NCBI GenBank assembly: GCA_963703565.1
Contig: CAVPEW010000047.1
Span: 4,029 to 68,028 of the forward strand
DNA: 64,000 nt
DNA from: an uncultured Microthrixaceae bacterium
GTDB lineage: Bacteria; Actinomycetota; Acidimicrobiia; Acidimicrobiales; VFJN01
Direction of reading: 5' to 3'
Shown here one piece after another: positions 41,248-52,696 of this stretch. Every line of letters starts with the position of its first letter. Positions within the stretch are counted from its first letter, which is position 1. The notes under the pieces were generated by a model. It was not told where the DNA came from. It did not search any database and saw nothing but the letters and a program-made list of their open reading frames with translations. A program made the position numbers and the translations under genes.

Positions 41248-42038
41248 CGTCGGCGGCGCAGCAGGCGCCGAAGCAGCCACAGCACCCCCACAGCGGCCAG
41301 GATCGGCCCCAACCGCCGAGCCACGGGGTTGCCGGCAGCGCCCAGAAGGTCGACAGGCTCGGGCTCGGGCGAATCGATCCGGCGCACCGCGGGGCGCGCC
41401 GGCGACGAGGTCGCCGTGGCCGGCGCCGGCCCGGCCGCAGCCGGCTCGGTGGCGCCCGACGTGGCGGGGGCACCCTCGGGGACCGTGGACCCGACCACCG
41501 CCGGTGGCGACTCCGGCCCTGCGGCGACCACCGCGGCCTCGTCGGCCAGCGGGCCCGGCGCCTCGCCGCCTCCGCTGCCACCCGGCGCGGCGTCGGAGCC
41601 GATCACCTCGCGCTCGAGGGACTCCACGAACTGGGCGATCAGCTTGGAGCTCACGTCGGCGAGCACTCCCCGACCGAACTGGGCGACGCGGCCTGTCACG
41701 GTCAGGTCGGTCACCACCGACGCCGCGGTGCCGTCGCCGTCGGGGCGTAGGGAGACGGTGACGGTGGCGCTGGCGTTGCCCTGGCCCCGTGTCTCGCGAC
41801 CCTCGGCCCGCAGAACGGCGCGATGCGCGGCGTCGTCGCGCTCGACGAAGGTGGCCTGGCCCTTGTACTGGGCGGTGATCGGGCCGACCTTGACCTTGAC
41901 CAGGCCCCGGTAGACGTCTCCCTCGATCTCCTTGAGCTGGGCGCCCGGCAGGCAGGGGGCGATCCTCTCCACGTCGGTCAGCAGGGCCCACGCCTGCTCC
42001 ACGGGCACGCCCACCCGGAAGTCGTTGCTCAGCTCCAT
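41244..42038 (-). CDS. coxG: CoxG (SRPBCC) membrane-anchor protein
   Basis: AWALLTDVERIAPCLPGA, VKVKVGPI, GRVAQFGRG, Pro/Ala linker, C-terminal TM and RRRR. Confidence 0.9.
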   Translation of the reverse strand: MELSNDFRVGVPVEQAWALLTDVERIAPCLPGAQLKEIEGDVYRGLVKVKVGPITAQYKGQATFVERDDAAHRAVLRAEGRETRGQGNASATVTVSLRPDGDGTAASVVTDLTVTGRVAQFGRGVLADVSSKLIAQFVESLEREVIGSDAAPGGSGGGEAPGPLADEAAVVAAGPESPPAVVGSTVPEGAPATSGATEPAAAGPAPATATSSPARPAVRRIDSPEPEPVDLLGAAGNPVARRLGPILAAVGVLWLLRRLLRRRR

Positions 42039-42607
42039 CGGTCCAGATCCTCCACCACGTCGACATCGAAGGGATCGCCCGGGCACGGTACCTCCCGCAC
42101 CAGCGAGGGCGTCGCCCGCATGAGCGCCCTCGCGCCCTCGTCACCCGAGTCGGGCAGGCGATCCCACACCGATGCGGCCAGGCGCACGGGGTTGGCGCGC
42201 CGCCCGCCGTAGGTCGCCACGGCGATGGGGGCGTCGGCGGCGGCGACCGCCCGCCAGGCGGCGGTGGTCACTCCCGGCTGGTCGGCCAGGCCGACCACCA
42301 GCGCGTCGTGGCCGCCCGCGTGGGCCTGCGCCACCGCCTCCGCCAGCGAGGTTGCGATGCCATGCTCCCACCAGGGGTTCACGGCCACCCTCACCCGGCG
42401 GCCGGCGAGCAGGGCGTGGAGGGACTCCTCCCCGGTCACCACGACCACCTCGTCGAGGCCGTCGCCCAACGCTGCCTCCACCGCGTCGAGCGCCCAGGCC
42501 GCCAGGGGTCGCCCCCGCAGCGGGGCCAGAAGCTTGTGGGTGGAGCCACCGCTGGCACGAAAGCGCGACCCCGCGCCGGCTGCCAGCAGGGCGGCGATGG
42601 TTGTCAC
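42029..42607 (-). CDS. mocA: Molybdenum cofactor cytidylyltransferase
   Basis: LLAAGAGSRF, KLLAPL, LADQP, NPV, GDEGAR, DVDVVED. Confidence 0.85.
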   Translation of the reverse strand: MTTIAALLAAGAGSRFRASGGSTHKLLAPLRGRPLAAWALDAVEAALGDGLDEVVVVTGEESLHALLAGRRVRVAVNPWWEHGIATSLAEAVAQAHAGGHDALVVGLADQPGVTTAAWRAVAAADAPIAVATYGGRRANPVRLAASVWDRLPDSGDEGARALMRATPSLVREVPCPGDPFDVDVVEDLDRWS

Positions 42608-42706
42608 GACCCGGACGCCGGTGCGGTCGGCTGCTCGGTAGCAGGCTGCGCTGCGCTGTCATCACCGCGCTGGCCCGCCACCGGTGCGACCGTAGGCCGG
42701 ATCCGG

Positions 42707-43885
42707 TCAGCTCGCGCGACGCGTGTCGATCGCGTCAGCGGGTGCCGCCCCCGTCCCGGTGCCCCAGTCAGGGGCAAGCTCGAGCACCGAGGCGTCGAGC
42801 ACGACGACGCCGTCGACCAGGTCGGCGATCGGAGCGATGGGATAGGGCTCGGGCGGCGCTGCCCTTCCCGACAGGTGCTCTGCCACGGCGTCGGGGAACT
42901 GCGCCAGCAGGCTGGCCACGACCTGTTCGTGCTGGGTGGCCAGGTAGCAACGGGCCCCGGTGGCGACGGTCGAGGTGAGCGTCGCCAGGCGGTCCAGGTC
43001 GTCGCTACGCCCGGCGCCCGCCGCGATGCGCACCAGCGTGTCGGTCAAGGCCATGCCGTCCTGCTTGCAAGGGGTGCACTGCCCGCAGGACTCCACCGAC
43101 AAGAACAGCGACACCCCCGCCGCGACGGCCACCACGTCCACCTCGTCGTCGATCACTATGAAACCCGCCGATCCCAGGCCCCCTCCAGCGGCGGCCAGGC
43201 CCTCCCAGCTGACGGGAGCGTCCAAGGCCGACCCGGGCAGCAGCGGCTGGGCCGTACCCGACAGCACGGCCACGATCCGGTGCCCGAGCGGCGCACCTCC
43301 CCCGAGCGCGAGCACCTCGCCCAGCGTGGTGCCCATCGCCACCTCGACCACCCCGGCGCGCTCGGTGCGCCCGCTGACCGTGCACACGATCGTGCCCGGC
43401 GACTCCGCCGTGCCGACCTCCCGGTAGGCGTCGGGCCCCAACCCGACGACGAACGGCACGTTGGCCAGGGTCTCGACGTTGTCGACCAGGGTGGGCCGTG
43501 CCGCTGTCTCGCCGGCTCCATCGACCAGCTCGGCGCCCCGGTCGGCCCCCACCGCGAGCGCGGCGATCAGGGCTCCCTCCAGCACCCGGTAGGGGTTGGC
43601 TCGCAGGATCGCTCGATCCTTGAACGTGCCCGGCTCCCCCTCTGCTCCGTTGACCACCACCGTGGCCGCCGACCTTCGCCCCATCGCGGCCACGGTCCGC
43701 CACTTCGTGCCGGTCGGAAAGCCGGCGCCGCCTCGGCCTCTCAGCCCTGCTGCCTCCACGGTCGCCACGAGAGCCTCGGGCTCCACGGCGCGGGCGGCGG
43801 CCAAGGCCCCGCCGCCCCCATCGCGGCGATATTCCTCGAGGTCGGCCGTGGGCGACGGATCCAGCACTCGTGACACCAAGGGCAT
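42707..43885 (-). CDS. Stand-alone NuoF/HoxF-like flavoprotein with in-frame internal deletion
   Basis: GLRGRGGAGFPTGTKW, NGAEGEPGTFKDR, PTLVDNVETL, ESCGQCTPC...ARC; central GEETAL segment absent. Confidence 0.8.
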   Translation of the reverse strand: MPLVSRVLDPSPTADLEEYRRDGGGGALAAARAVEPEALVATVEAAGLRGRGGAGFPTGTKWRTVAAMGRRSAATVVVNGAEGEPGTFKDRAILRANPYRVLEGALIAALAVGADRGAELVDGAGETAARPTLVDNVETLANVPFVVGLGPDAYREVGTAESPGTIVCTVSGRTERAGVVEVAMGTTLGEVLALGGGAPLGHRIVAVLSGTAQPLLPGSALDAPVSWEGLAAAGGGLGSAGFIVIDDEVDVVAVAAGVSLFLSVESCGQCTPCKQDGMALTDTLVRIAAGAGRSDDLDRLATLTSTVATGARCYLATQHEQVVASLLAQFPDAVAEHLSGRAAPPEPYPIAPIADLVDGVVVLDASVLELAPDWGTGTGAAPADAIDTRRAS

Positions 43886-43934
43886 CGTCGAGCCGTACCC
43901 ACCGACGCCGGGGCGCAACGCCCCATGGCCGATC

Positions 43935-44717
43935 TCAGTGGATGGGGCCGCGGGCGGCGCGCAGGCTCGGCGCGGCCTTGCCGGTGCGAGCGGCGATGAT
44001 CTCAGCGCAGATCGACACCGCTGTCTCCTCGGGGGTCCGGGCACCCAGGTCGAGCCCGATCGGGCCGTGGATCCGGGCCAGCTCGCCCTCGGTGACCCCC
44101 TCGGCTCGGAGGCGCTCGTTGCGAGCCTCGGTGGTGCGCCGCGAGCCCATGGCGCCCAGGTAACCGACCCTGGTGCGCAGTGCGGCCACGATCGCGGGCA
44201 CGTCGAACTTGGCGTCGTGGGTGAGCACGCAGCAGGCGTCTCGGGGCCCCAGATCCGCCCCATGGGCGTCCAGCCAGCGGTTGGGCCAGTCGACCACCAC
44301 CTCGTCGGCGAGGGGGAAGCGAGCCCGGGTGGCGAAGACCTCACGAGCGTCGCACACCGTGGTGCGGTAGCCGAGGACCTTGGCCACCCGCACCAGCGCC
44401 GCGGTGAAGTCGACCGCCCCGAAGATGACCATGCGCGGTGGCGGCGCGAAGGCCTCGATGAACACGGTGACGGTGTCCTCGATCGCCTCGCCGTGGGCTC
44501 CGTAGCGCCGCACCGCTGTCGTGCCGTCGGCGAGCGCGGCGGACGCGTCGCGTCGGACGACCCGCTCCAGATCGGGGTCCGCCAACGAACCGTGCACCGA
44601 CGCGTCGTCGGTGACCAGCAGCTTGTCGCCCACCCCCGGACCCTCCACGACGGTGGCCAGCACGACTGGGCGCTCGCCGGCGATCGCCTCGGCCAACACC
44701 TCGAACAGCCCGGGCAC
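43935..44717 (-). CDS. xdhC: XdhC/CoxI family maturation factor (C-terminal part)
   Basis: PPRMVIFGAVDF, LTHDAKFD, YLGAMGSR, GPIGLDLGARTPEETAVSI. Confidence 0.9.
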   Translation of the reverse strand: MPGLFEVLAEAIAGERPVVLATVVEGPGVGDKLLVTDDASVHGSLADPDLERVVRRDASAALADGTTAVRRYGAHGEAIEDTVTVFIEAFAPPPRMVIFGAVDFTAALVRVAKVLGYRTTVCDAREVFATRARFPLADEVVVDWPNRWLDAHGADLGPRDACCVLTHDAKFDVPAIVAALRTRVGYLGAMGSRRTTEARNERLRAEGVTEGELARIHGPIGLDLGARTPEETAVSICAEIIAARTGKAAPSLRAARGPIH

Positions 44718-44722
44718 GGCCG

Positions 44723-45037
44723 CTACCAGTCCAGCGGCTCGACGAAGAGGTGAACGGTGCCACCGCAGGTGAGACCCACCGCGAACGCGTCGTCGTCGCT
44801 GTACCCGAAGGTCAGCAACTGGCGCTCCCCACTGTCGATGATGCGCAGCGCCTCGGTCACCACCGCGCCCTCGACGCAGCCTCCCGACACCGAGCCGGCC
44901 ACCTCGCCGTCAGAGCTGACGGCCATCGCCGCGCCGGGCAGGCGCGGACCGGAGCCCTCGATGTCGACGACGCGTGCCAACGCCACCCTCTTGCCCTGGG
45001 CTCGCCACCGGGTCAGCTCCGACAGGATCTCCTTCAC
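44723..45037 (-). CDS. XdhC/CoxI family maturation factor (N-terminal domain as a separate gene)
   Basis: GSGPRLPGA, GSVSGGCVEG, AFAVGLTCGG. Confidence 0.88.
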   Translation of the reverse strand: MKEILSELTRWRAQGKRVALARVVDIEGSGPRLPGAAMAVSSDGEVAGSVSGGCVEGAVVTEALRIIDSGERQLLTFGYSDDDAFAVGLTCGGTVHLFVEPLDW

Positions 45038-46206
45038 CGCGCCAGCACCTCCGCAAGGTCCTCGAGGGCGTGCAGGGAATGTCCCTCCACGAAGTCGTCC
45101 AACAACGGCAGCGCCGCCGCCATGCCCCGCGCCAGTGGGGCGTAGCCGGGAGTGGCCTTGAGCGGGTTCACCCACACCAGGCGGTGGGCCACGCGCCCCA
45201 GCCGCCCGAGAGCCCCGGCCAGGACCTGAGGGTCGCCGCGGTCCCACCCGTCGGAGAGGACCACGACCGTCGCTCCCCGGGCCAGGCCACGCACGCCCCA
45301 CTCCTGCACGAAGCGGGCCACGGACTCGCCCAGCCGCGTCCCTCCCGACCAGTCCTGCACCTCGGCTGCCGCCGACGCCAGCGCCACGTCGGGATCGCGG
45401 CTGGCGAGTTGGCGGGTCAGGCGGGTCAGGCGCGTCCCGAGGGTGAAGACCTCGACTCGGCCGCGGCCCACGACCGCAGCGTGGGCGAAGCGGACCAGCG
45501 CCCTCGCGTAGGGCTCCATCGAGCCCGACACGTCCACCAGCAGCACCACCCGGCGCAACCTGGTGCCACGCTCGCGGCGGGCGAGCCGAACAGCCTCGCC
45601 GTCGGTGGCCATCGAGGCCCGTGCGGTGCGACCCAGGTCGATCGGGCCCCGATGGCCCTCGGAGGGCAGGAACCGTCGGGACGGCTGGCGCGACCCCGAG
45701 AAGCGCAGGGCGTCGATCATGCGATCGAGCTGGCGGAGCTCGGCTGGGCTGCACACCGCGAGGTCCTTGCGGGCCAGCACCTCGCGGTCGCTCCAACGCA
45801 GCGCGACCACCGGACCCTCCGCCTCCTGGGCGTTCGCGCCGGGGGTTGCCGGCTCTGCGTCGTCGTCGTCGACCACGAGGCGCACCGGCTCGGGCTCGAC
45901 CAGCGCTGTGGGCACCTCGCCCGGCGGAGCGCCATCGCCGAACACGGCGTCGAAGGCCCGGTCGTACGCGTCGACGTCCTCGGGGCGACGTACGAGGGTG
46001 GCTCGGCCGGCCCAGTAGAGCCCGAGCCGGGAGGCCACCCCCACCGCGTCGATCGCGGCGGCGAGCGCCAAGGTCGCATCGGGGGGGACCGTCAACCCCT
46101 CGGCACGCACCGAGTCGGCGAAGGACACGACCAGCCCGCTCAGGTCGGCCTCGGGCGGGGGCGCGGTCTTCGTCACCACGGCCGGGCTCCGCGCCGCCAC
46201 GCTCAC
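45034..46206 (-). CDS. coxE: CoxE-like VWA domain protein
   Basis: DVSGSM MIDAS motif, WSGGTRLG, LSDGWDRG, WVNP. Confidence 0.92.
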   Translation of the reverse strand: MSVAARSPAVVTKTAPPPEADLSGLVVSFADSVRAEGLTVPPDATLALAAAIDAVGVASRLGLYWAGRATLVRRPEDVDAYDRAFDAVFGDGAPPGEVPTALVEPEPVRLVVDDDDAEPATPGANAQEAEGPVVALRWSDREVLARKDLAVCSPAELRQLDRMIDALRFSGSRQPSRRFLPSEGHRGPIDLGRTARASMATDGEAVRLARRERGTRLRRVVLLVDVSGSMEPYARALVRFAHAAVVGRGRVEVFTLGTRLTRLTRQLASRDPDVALASAAAEVQDWSGGTRLGESVARFVQEWGVRGLARGATVVVLSDGWDRGDPQVLAGALGRLGRVAHRLVWVNPLKATPGYAPLARGMAAALPLLDDFVEGHSLHALEDLAEVLAR

Positions 46207-47114
46207 CGAGCCCGCAGAGCGGTGGCGGCCACTAGATCGGTGAGGCCCTTCTCGCGGACGCGGTCCTGGTCCTCGCGGTACTTGAGCACCGTGCCCAGCG
46301 TGGACGACGCCGCGGCCGCGTCGAGACCCTCACAGCCCAGCACCGACAGCGCCCGGGCCCAGTCGATCGTCTCCGCGACCCCGGGAGGCTTGTAGAGGCC
46401 CTGGTCGCGCATGGCCGCCACCGCCGCGGCCACCTGGGCGGACAGGCGGGGCCCGACCTCGGGGGCACGCAGACGCACTATGGCCACCTCGCGCTCGTAG
46501 TCGGGATGCTCCACCCAGTGGTAAAGGCAGCGACGCTTGAGGGCATCGTGGACGTCGCGGGTGCGGTTCGAGGTGATCACCACCAGCGGCGGGTTGACGG
46601 AGCGAACGGTGCCCAGCTCGGGCACGGTCACGGAGTCCTCGGCCAGCACCTCGAGCAGGAACGCCTCGAACTCGTCGTCGGCCCGGTCGATCTCGTCGAC
46701 GAGCAGCACAGGTGCCGGCACCTCCGCCGGGGCCGACAGCGCGGCCAGCACGGGCCGGCGCAGCAGGAACCGCTCGGTGAACAGCTCGGCTTCGATCTCA
46801 CCGAGGCCCTCGGCGGAGACGAGTCCCGCCGCTTCGGCCGCCCGAAGGTGCAGCAGCTGGCGGGCGTGGTCCCACTCGTAGACGGCCTGGTGCACGTCGA
46901 GGCCCTCGTAGCACTGCAGGCGGATCAGCTCACCACCGGTCCAACGGGCCAGGACCTTGGCGACCTCGGTCTTGCCGACACCGGCTTCGCCCTCGAGCAG
47001 CAAGGGCCGGCCCATCCGCATCGCCAGGAACACCGACGTGGCCAGGCCCTCGTCGGCCAGGTAGCCGTTGGCCTCGAGCCCCGCGCGGACCTCGGAGACG
47101 TCGGACACTCGCAC
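46203..47114 (-). CDS. coxD: CoxD-like MoxR AAA+ ATPase
   Basis: LLEGEAGVGKTE, RLQCYEGLD, LVDEIDRADDEFE, TSNRTR, ALKRRC. Confidence 0.93.
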   Translation of the reverse strand: MRVSDVSEVRAGLEANGYLADEGLATSVFLAMRMGRPLLLEGEAGVGKTEVAKVLARWTGGELIRLQCYEGLDVHQAVYEWDHARQLLHLRAAEAAGLVSAEGLGEIEAELFTERFLLRRPVLAALSAPAEVPAPVLLVDEIDRADDEFEAFLLEVLAEDSVTVPELGTVRSVNPPLVVITSNRTRDVHDALKRRCLYHWVEHPDYEREVAIVRLRAPEVGPRLSAQVAAAVAAMRDQGLYKPPGVAETIDWARALSVLGCEGLDAAAASSTLGTVLKYREDQDRVREKGLTDLVAATALRAR

Positions 47115-47198
47115 CCGGGCAGGCTACGGCCCGCGGGCCCGACCCGGCGCAGGACCACCGCCGACCCGGCGGGATCGGCCGGGCCGGAGCCGACTCGT

Positions 47199-48020
47199 TC
47201 AGGCAGCAGCCTCCTCGAGCGCCCGACGGGTCAGGACCCGGACCAAGTGCCGGCGGTACTCGACGCTGGCGTTGAGGTCCGCAGTCGGCTCGGTGCCCTC
47301 GATGGCGGCCTCGGCCGCCTCGGCCGCGGAGGCACCCGACGCGACGGCGGCCTCGACCGCCGCGGCCCGCAGGGGCACCGAGCCCATGTTGACCAGGCCC
47401 ACCCCCGGGCGGTCGCCGGTGACCAGCGAGACGCCGACGATCGCCCAATCGTGAGCCCGGCGGGCGAACTTCTGGAACGAGAACCCGGCGCCGGTCGCCT
47501 TGGGGATCCGGATCTCGGTGAGCAGCTCTTCGGGACCCACGGCGGTCTCGAGGAACCCGGTGAAGAAGTCGTCGACTGCGACGGTGCGCTCCCCGGCCGG
47601 GCCGCGCACAACCAGCGAGGCACGCAGGGCGAGCAGCACCGCGGGCAGGTCCGACGCCGGGTCGCCGTGGGCGATCGATCCGCCGATGGTGCCCCGATGG
47701 CGGACCTGCGGGTCGCCGATGTGACCGGCGGCGACGCCCACCAGGGGGGCGTGCGCGGCCAGCAGCGGATCGGTCTGCAGGTCCCGGTGCCGGGTCATGG
47801 CACCCACCGCGACGTGGTCGCCACCGTCGCGCACGAACGACAGCTCGGCGACCGGCCCGAGGTCGACCAGCACCGCCGGGGTGGCCAGACGCAGCTTCAT
47901 CAGCGGGAGCAGCGAATGGCCCCCCGCGAGCACCTTGGCCTCCTCGCCGTGCTCGGCCAGAGAGGCCAGCGCCTCGTCCACCGAGCCGACCCTCACGTAG
48001 TCGAAGGCGAGGGGGATCAC
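47199..48020 (-). CDS. coxM: Molybdenum hydroxylase FAD subunit (CoxM/CutM)
   Basis: [38 protein letters not shown]. Confidence 0.93.
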   Translation of the reverse strand: MIPLAFDYVRVGSVDEALASLAEHGEEAKVLAGGHSLLPLMKLRLATPAVLVDLGPVAELSFVRDGGDHVAVGAMTRHRDLQTDPLLAAHAPLVGVAAGHIGDPQVRHRGTIGGSIAHGDPASDLPAVLLALRASLVVRGPAGERTVAVDDFFTGFLETAVGPEELLTEIRIPKATGAGFSFQKFARRAHDWAIVGVSLVTGDRPGVGLVNMGSVPLRAAAVEAAVASGASAAEAAEAAIEGTEPTADLNASVEYRRHLVRVLTRRALEEAAA

Positions 48021-48484
48021 GAGCCGGACCCCGCCGCGGCCATGACCGCGGCCACGATGTTGTGGTAGCCGGTGCAGCGGCACAGGTTGCCCTCGAGCCC
48101 GTCGCGGACCTCGGCCTCGCTCGGGTGGGGGTTCTCCTCCAGCAGCGACACCGCAGCCATCACCATGCCCGGCGTGCAGTAGCCGCACTGCAGGCCGTGC
48201 TGCTCACGGAACGCCTCCTGCACGGGGTGCATCACCGACCCGTCCGCCGGCGCGAGACCTTCGATCGTGGTGACCGATCGGCCATCGGCCTGCACGGCGA
48301 GGACCGTGCACGACTTGACCGACTCGCCGTCGAGCAGCACGGTGCACGCGCCGCACGACGTCGTGTCGCAGCCGATGTTGGTACCGGTCAGATCGAGCGC
48401 TTCGCGCAGCCACTGCACCAACAGCAGCCGCGGCTCCACCTCACCCGAGCAGGTGGTGCCGTTGACCGTGACGGCGATCTCCAT
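48017..48484 (-). CDS. coxS: Molybdenum hydroxylase 2x[2Fe-2S] subunit (CoxS)
   Basis: [32 protein letters not shown]. Confidence 0.95.
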   Translation of the reverse strand: MEIAVTVNGTTCSGEVEPRLLLVQWLREALDLTGTNIGCDTTSCGACTVLLDGESVKSCTVLAVQADGRSVTTIEGLAPADGSVMHPVQEAFREQHGLQCGYCTPGMVMAAVSLLEENPHPSEAEVRDGLEGNLCRCTGYHNIVAAVMAAAGSGS

Positions 48485-48517
48485 GCCTCACTCCCCCTGA
48501 TGGTCGGCGTCGGACGC

Positions 48518-48542
48518 CGCTCGGGCCGTGCCGGCCCGAGCG
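48518..48542. other. 11-bp GC hairpin between coxL and coxS
   Basis: CGCTCGGGCCG-TGC-CGGCCCGAGCG; no U-tract. Confidence 0.55.
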
Positions 48543-48546
48543 CAGC

Positions 48547-50808
48547 TCATCCGCGGATGGCCTGCCACACCCGTTCGGGCGTGGCAGGCATGTCGATGTG
48601 GCGCACCCCGAGGTGGGCGACGGCGTCCACGACCGCCGACTGCACCGCCGGGGTCGACCCGATGGTCCCGGACTCGCCGATCCCCTTGGCCCCCAGCGGG
48701 TTCACTGGCGTCGGGGTCTCCATCGGCACCAGCTCGAAGGAGGGCACCGAACCGGCGGTCACCGCGGTGTAGTCGGCCAGGTTGGCCGTGTTCGGGTTGC
48801 CGGCCTCGTCGTAGACGATCTCTTCGAGCAACGCCTGCGCCGCGCCCTGGGCCAGCCCGCCGTGGCGCTGCCCGTCGGCGAGCAACGGGTTGAGGATGCG
48901 GCCCGCGTCGTCGACCGCGACCAGGCGCGCCAGCATCACGGCGCCGGTGTCTACGTCGACCTCGACCACGGCCACGTGCGCCCCGAACGGGTAGGTCGGC
49001 TGGGAGGCAGTGAAGTCGTGCTCGTCGACGAGCGGCTGGCCCGCCGCCTCGGCCGCGGCGGCCACCTCTGGCCACGACTTCGACACCGCGGGGGTGCCCG
49101 CGACGTGGAAACGCCCCTGCGCCGTGTCGAGGACCACGTCGTCGACGCCCGCCTCGAGCAGCTCGGCGGCCAGGGCCCTGGCCCGGTCGACCACGGCCTG
49201 GGCAGCGCCGAGGACCGCAGAACCACCCAGCTGGAGCGAGCGCGAACCCATTGTCCCGTTGCCCCTCGCTACCGCGTCGGTGTCGCCGTGCACGACGGTG
49301 ATGTCAGCCATCGGGATGCCGAGGCGGTCCGCTGCCAGCTGTGCGAAGGCGGTGTGCAGGCCCTGCCCGTGGGGCGAGGAGCCGGTGTAGACGACCGCAG
49401 TGCCGTCGGGAGCCACCGCCACCCGGGCGAACTCCGAGCCGGCGCTCGGCCCGGCGGTCACCTCCACGTAGCAGCTGACCCCGATGCCCAGCAGGCGTGT
49501 CTCGCCCGCCTCGCGCCGGCGACGCTGCTCTTCGCGCAACGCGTCGTAACCGGCCGCCGACAGGGCCAGGTCGAGGGCCCGCTCGTAGTCGCCGACGTCG
49601 TAGACCGCCCCGGTGGCGGTGGTCACGGGGAAGGCCTCGGGCGCGATCAGGTTGGTGCGCCGGACCTCGGTGGGGTCCAGACCGCACTCCAGCGCGAAGA
49701 GGTCCATCGCCCGCTCGATGGCCGCGGTCGCCTCCGGGCGCCCGGCACCGCGGTAGGCCAGCGTCGGTGCCGTGTTGGTGACAACCGACTGGAAGTCGAC
49801 GTGGACCTTGGCGATGTCGTAGGTGCCCGGAGCCATCTGACGGGTCATGAAGGGCAGCAGGGCCCCCACCATCGGGTACGCGCCCGCCTCCTGGATGATC
49901 GACAGGTGGTAGGCCAAGACGCGCCCGTCGCGCCGGCCGCCGATCGCCACCTGCTGGACCTGCCCACGACCGTGGCCCATGGCCAGGAGGTTCTCGCTGC
50001 GCGTCTCGGTCCAACGGACAGGGCGCTGCACGTGCCGGGCGAGCCAGCCCAAGATCAGCTCCTCGGGCGAGGCGCTGATCTTGGCGCCGAACCCACCGCC
50101 CACGTCGGGCGTGATCACCCTGACCTGGGCCCGGTCCAACCCGTACGCGCCTGCCAGCGCGTCTCGCACGCCGTGGGCGTGCTGGGACGCCGCCCAGTGC
50201 CAGAGCCGGCCCTCCACCCATGCCGCCGCGCCGGAACGGCCCTCGAGGGGCACTGCGGCCACCCGCGGGTTGACGACCCGCTGGCGCACGATCACCTCGC
50301 AATCCGCGAAGAAGTCCTCGGGCAGTGGCTCGACCCAGCCCAGAGCCACGTTGCCCACCTCGTAGAGGCGAGGCGCCGAGTCGTCCAGCGCCGCCTCGGG
50401 TGCCACCACGGCATCGAGCGGGTCGTAGTCGGCCCAGATCGCGTCGACCGCGTCGGCAGCCTCGGCGGCCGACTCCGCCACCACGGCGGCGATCGGCTCA
50501 CCCACGAAGCGCACCACGTCACGGGCCAGCACCGGGCGCGACATCGACGCGTCGATCATCGGCACCACCGGAGCGATCGGCTCGAGGTCGATGTCGGCGG
50601 CGGTGACCACGGCGACGACGCCGGGCATCGCGCGGGCATCTTCGACCTCGACGTCGCCGAGGCGGGCGTGGGCGGCGGTGGACCGGGCGAACGCGACGTG
50701 CAGCGCTCCGGCGAGCTCTGGCACCCGCAGGTCGGCGACGTAGGTCCCCCCGACGGTGAGCAGCCGCGGATCCTCCGTCCGCACCACCCGGTTCCCCATC
50801 ATGCTCAT
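48547..50808 (-). CDS. coxL: Molybdenum hydroxylase large subunit, form II CoxL-like
   Basis: PDVGGGFGAK, AYRGAGRPE active-site loop, HGQG, GSRS, GAKGIGE. Confidence 0.9.
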   Translation of the reverse strand: MSMMGNRVVRTEDPRLLTVGGTYVADLRVPELAGALHVAFARSTAAHARLGDVEVEDARAMPGVVAVVTAADIDLEPIAPVVPMIDASMSRPVLARDVVRFVGEPIAAVVAESAAEAADAVDAIWADYDPLDAVVAPEAALDDSAPRLYEVGNVALGWVEPLPEDFFADCEVIVRQRVVNPRVAAVPLEGRSGAAAWVEGRLWHWAASQHAHGVRDALAGAYGLDRAQVRVITPDVGGGFGAKISASPEELILGWLARHVQRPVRWTETRSENLLAMGHGRGQVQQVAIGGRRDGRVLAYHLSIIQEAGAYPMVGALLPFMTRQMAPGTYDIAKVHVDFQSVVTNTAPTLAYRGAGRPEATAAIERAMDLFALECGLDPTEVRRTNLIAPEAFPVTTATGAVYDVGDYERALDLALSAAGYDALREEQRRRREAGETRLLGIGVSCYVEVTAGPSAGSEFARVAVAPDGTAVVYTGSSPHGQGLHTAFAQLAADRLGIPMADITVVHGDTDAVARGNGTMGSRSLQLGGSAVLGAAQAVVDRARALAAELLEAGVDDVVLDTAQGRFHVAGTPAVSKSWPEVAAAAEAAGQPLVDEHDFTASQPTYPFGAHVAVVEVDVDTGAVMLARLVAVDDAGRILNPLLADGQRHGGLAQGAAQALLEEIVYDEAGNPNTANLADYTAVTAGSVPSFELVPMETPTPVNPLGAKGIGESGTIGSTPAVQSAVVDAVAHLGVRHIDMPATPERVWQAIRG

Positions 50809-50836
50809 CGCGGGGACCCTATCCGCGACGTCAGCG

Positions 50837-52632
<1,796 letters not shown>

Positions 52633-52696
52633 TCAGGTGGTTCGGCCACACCAGGGGCAAACAGGGCCGATCGGAGCGGCGAGTACCGTGGAACCC

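Noticed and set aside
42707-43885. Part of a complex I (nuo) operon
   Set aside because: No other nuo genes are adjacent and the protein is internally deleted.
48547-50808. True (form I) aerobic CO dehydrogenase
   Set aside because: The active-site loop is AYRGAGR, lacking the Cu-binding Cys of AYxCSFR.
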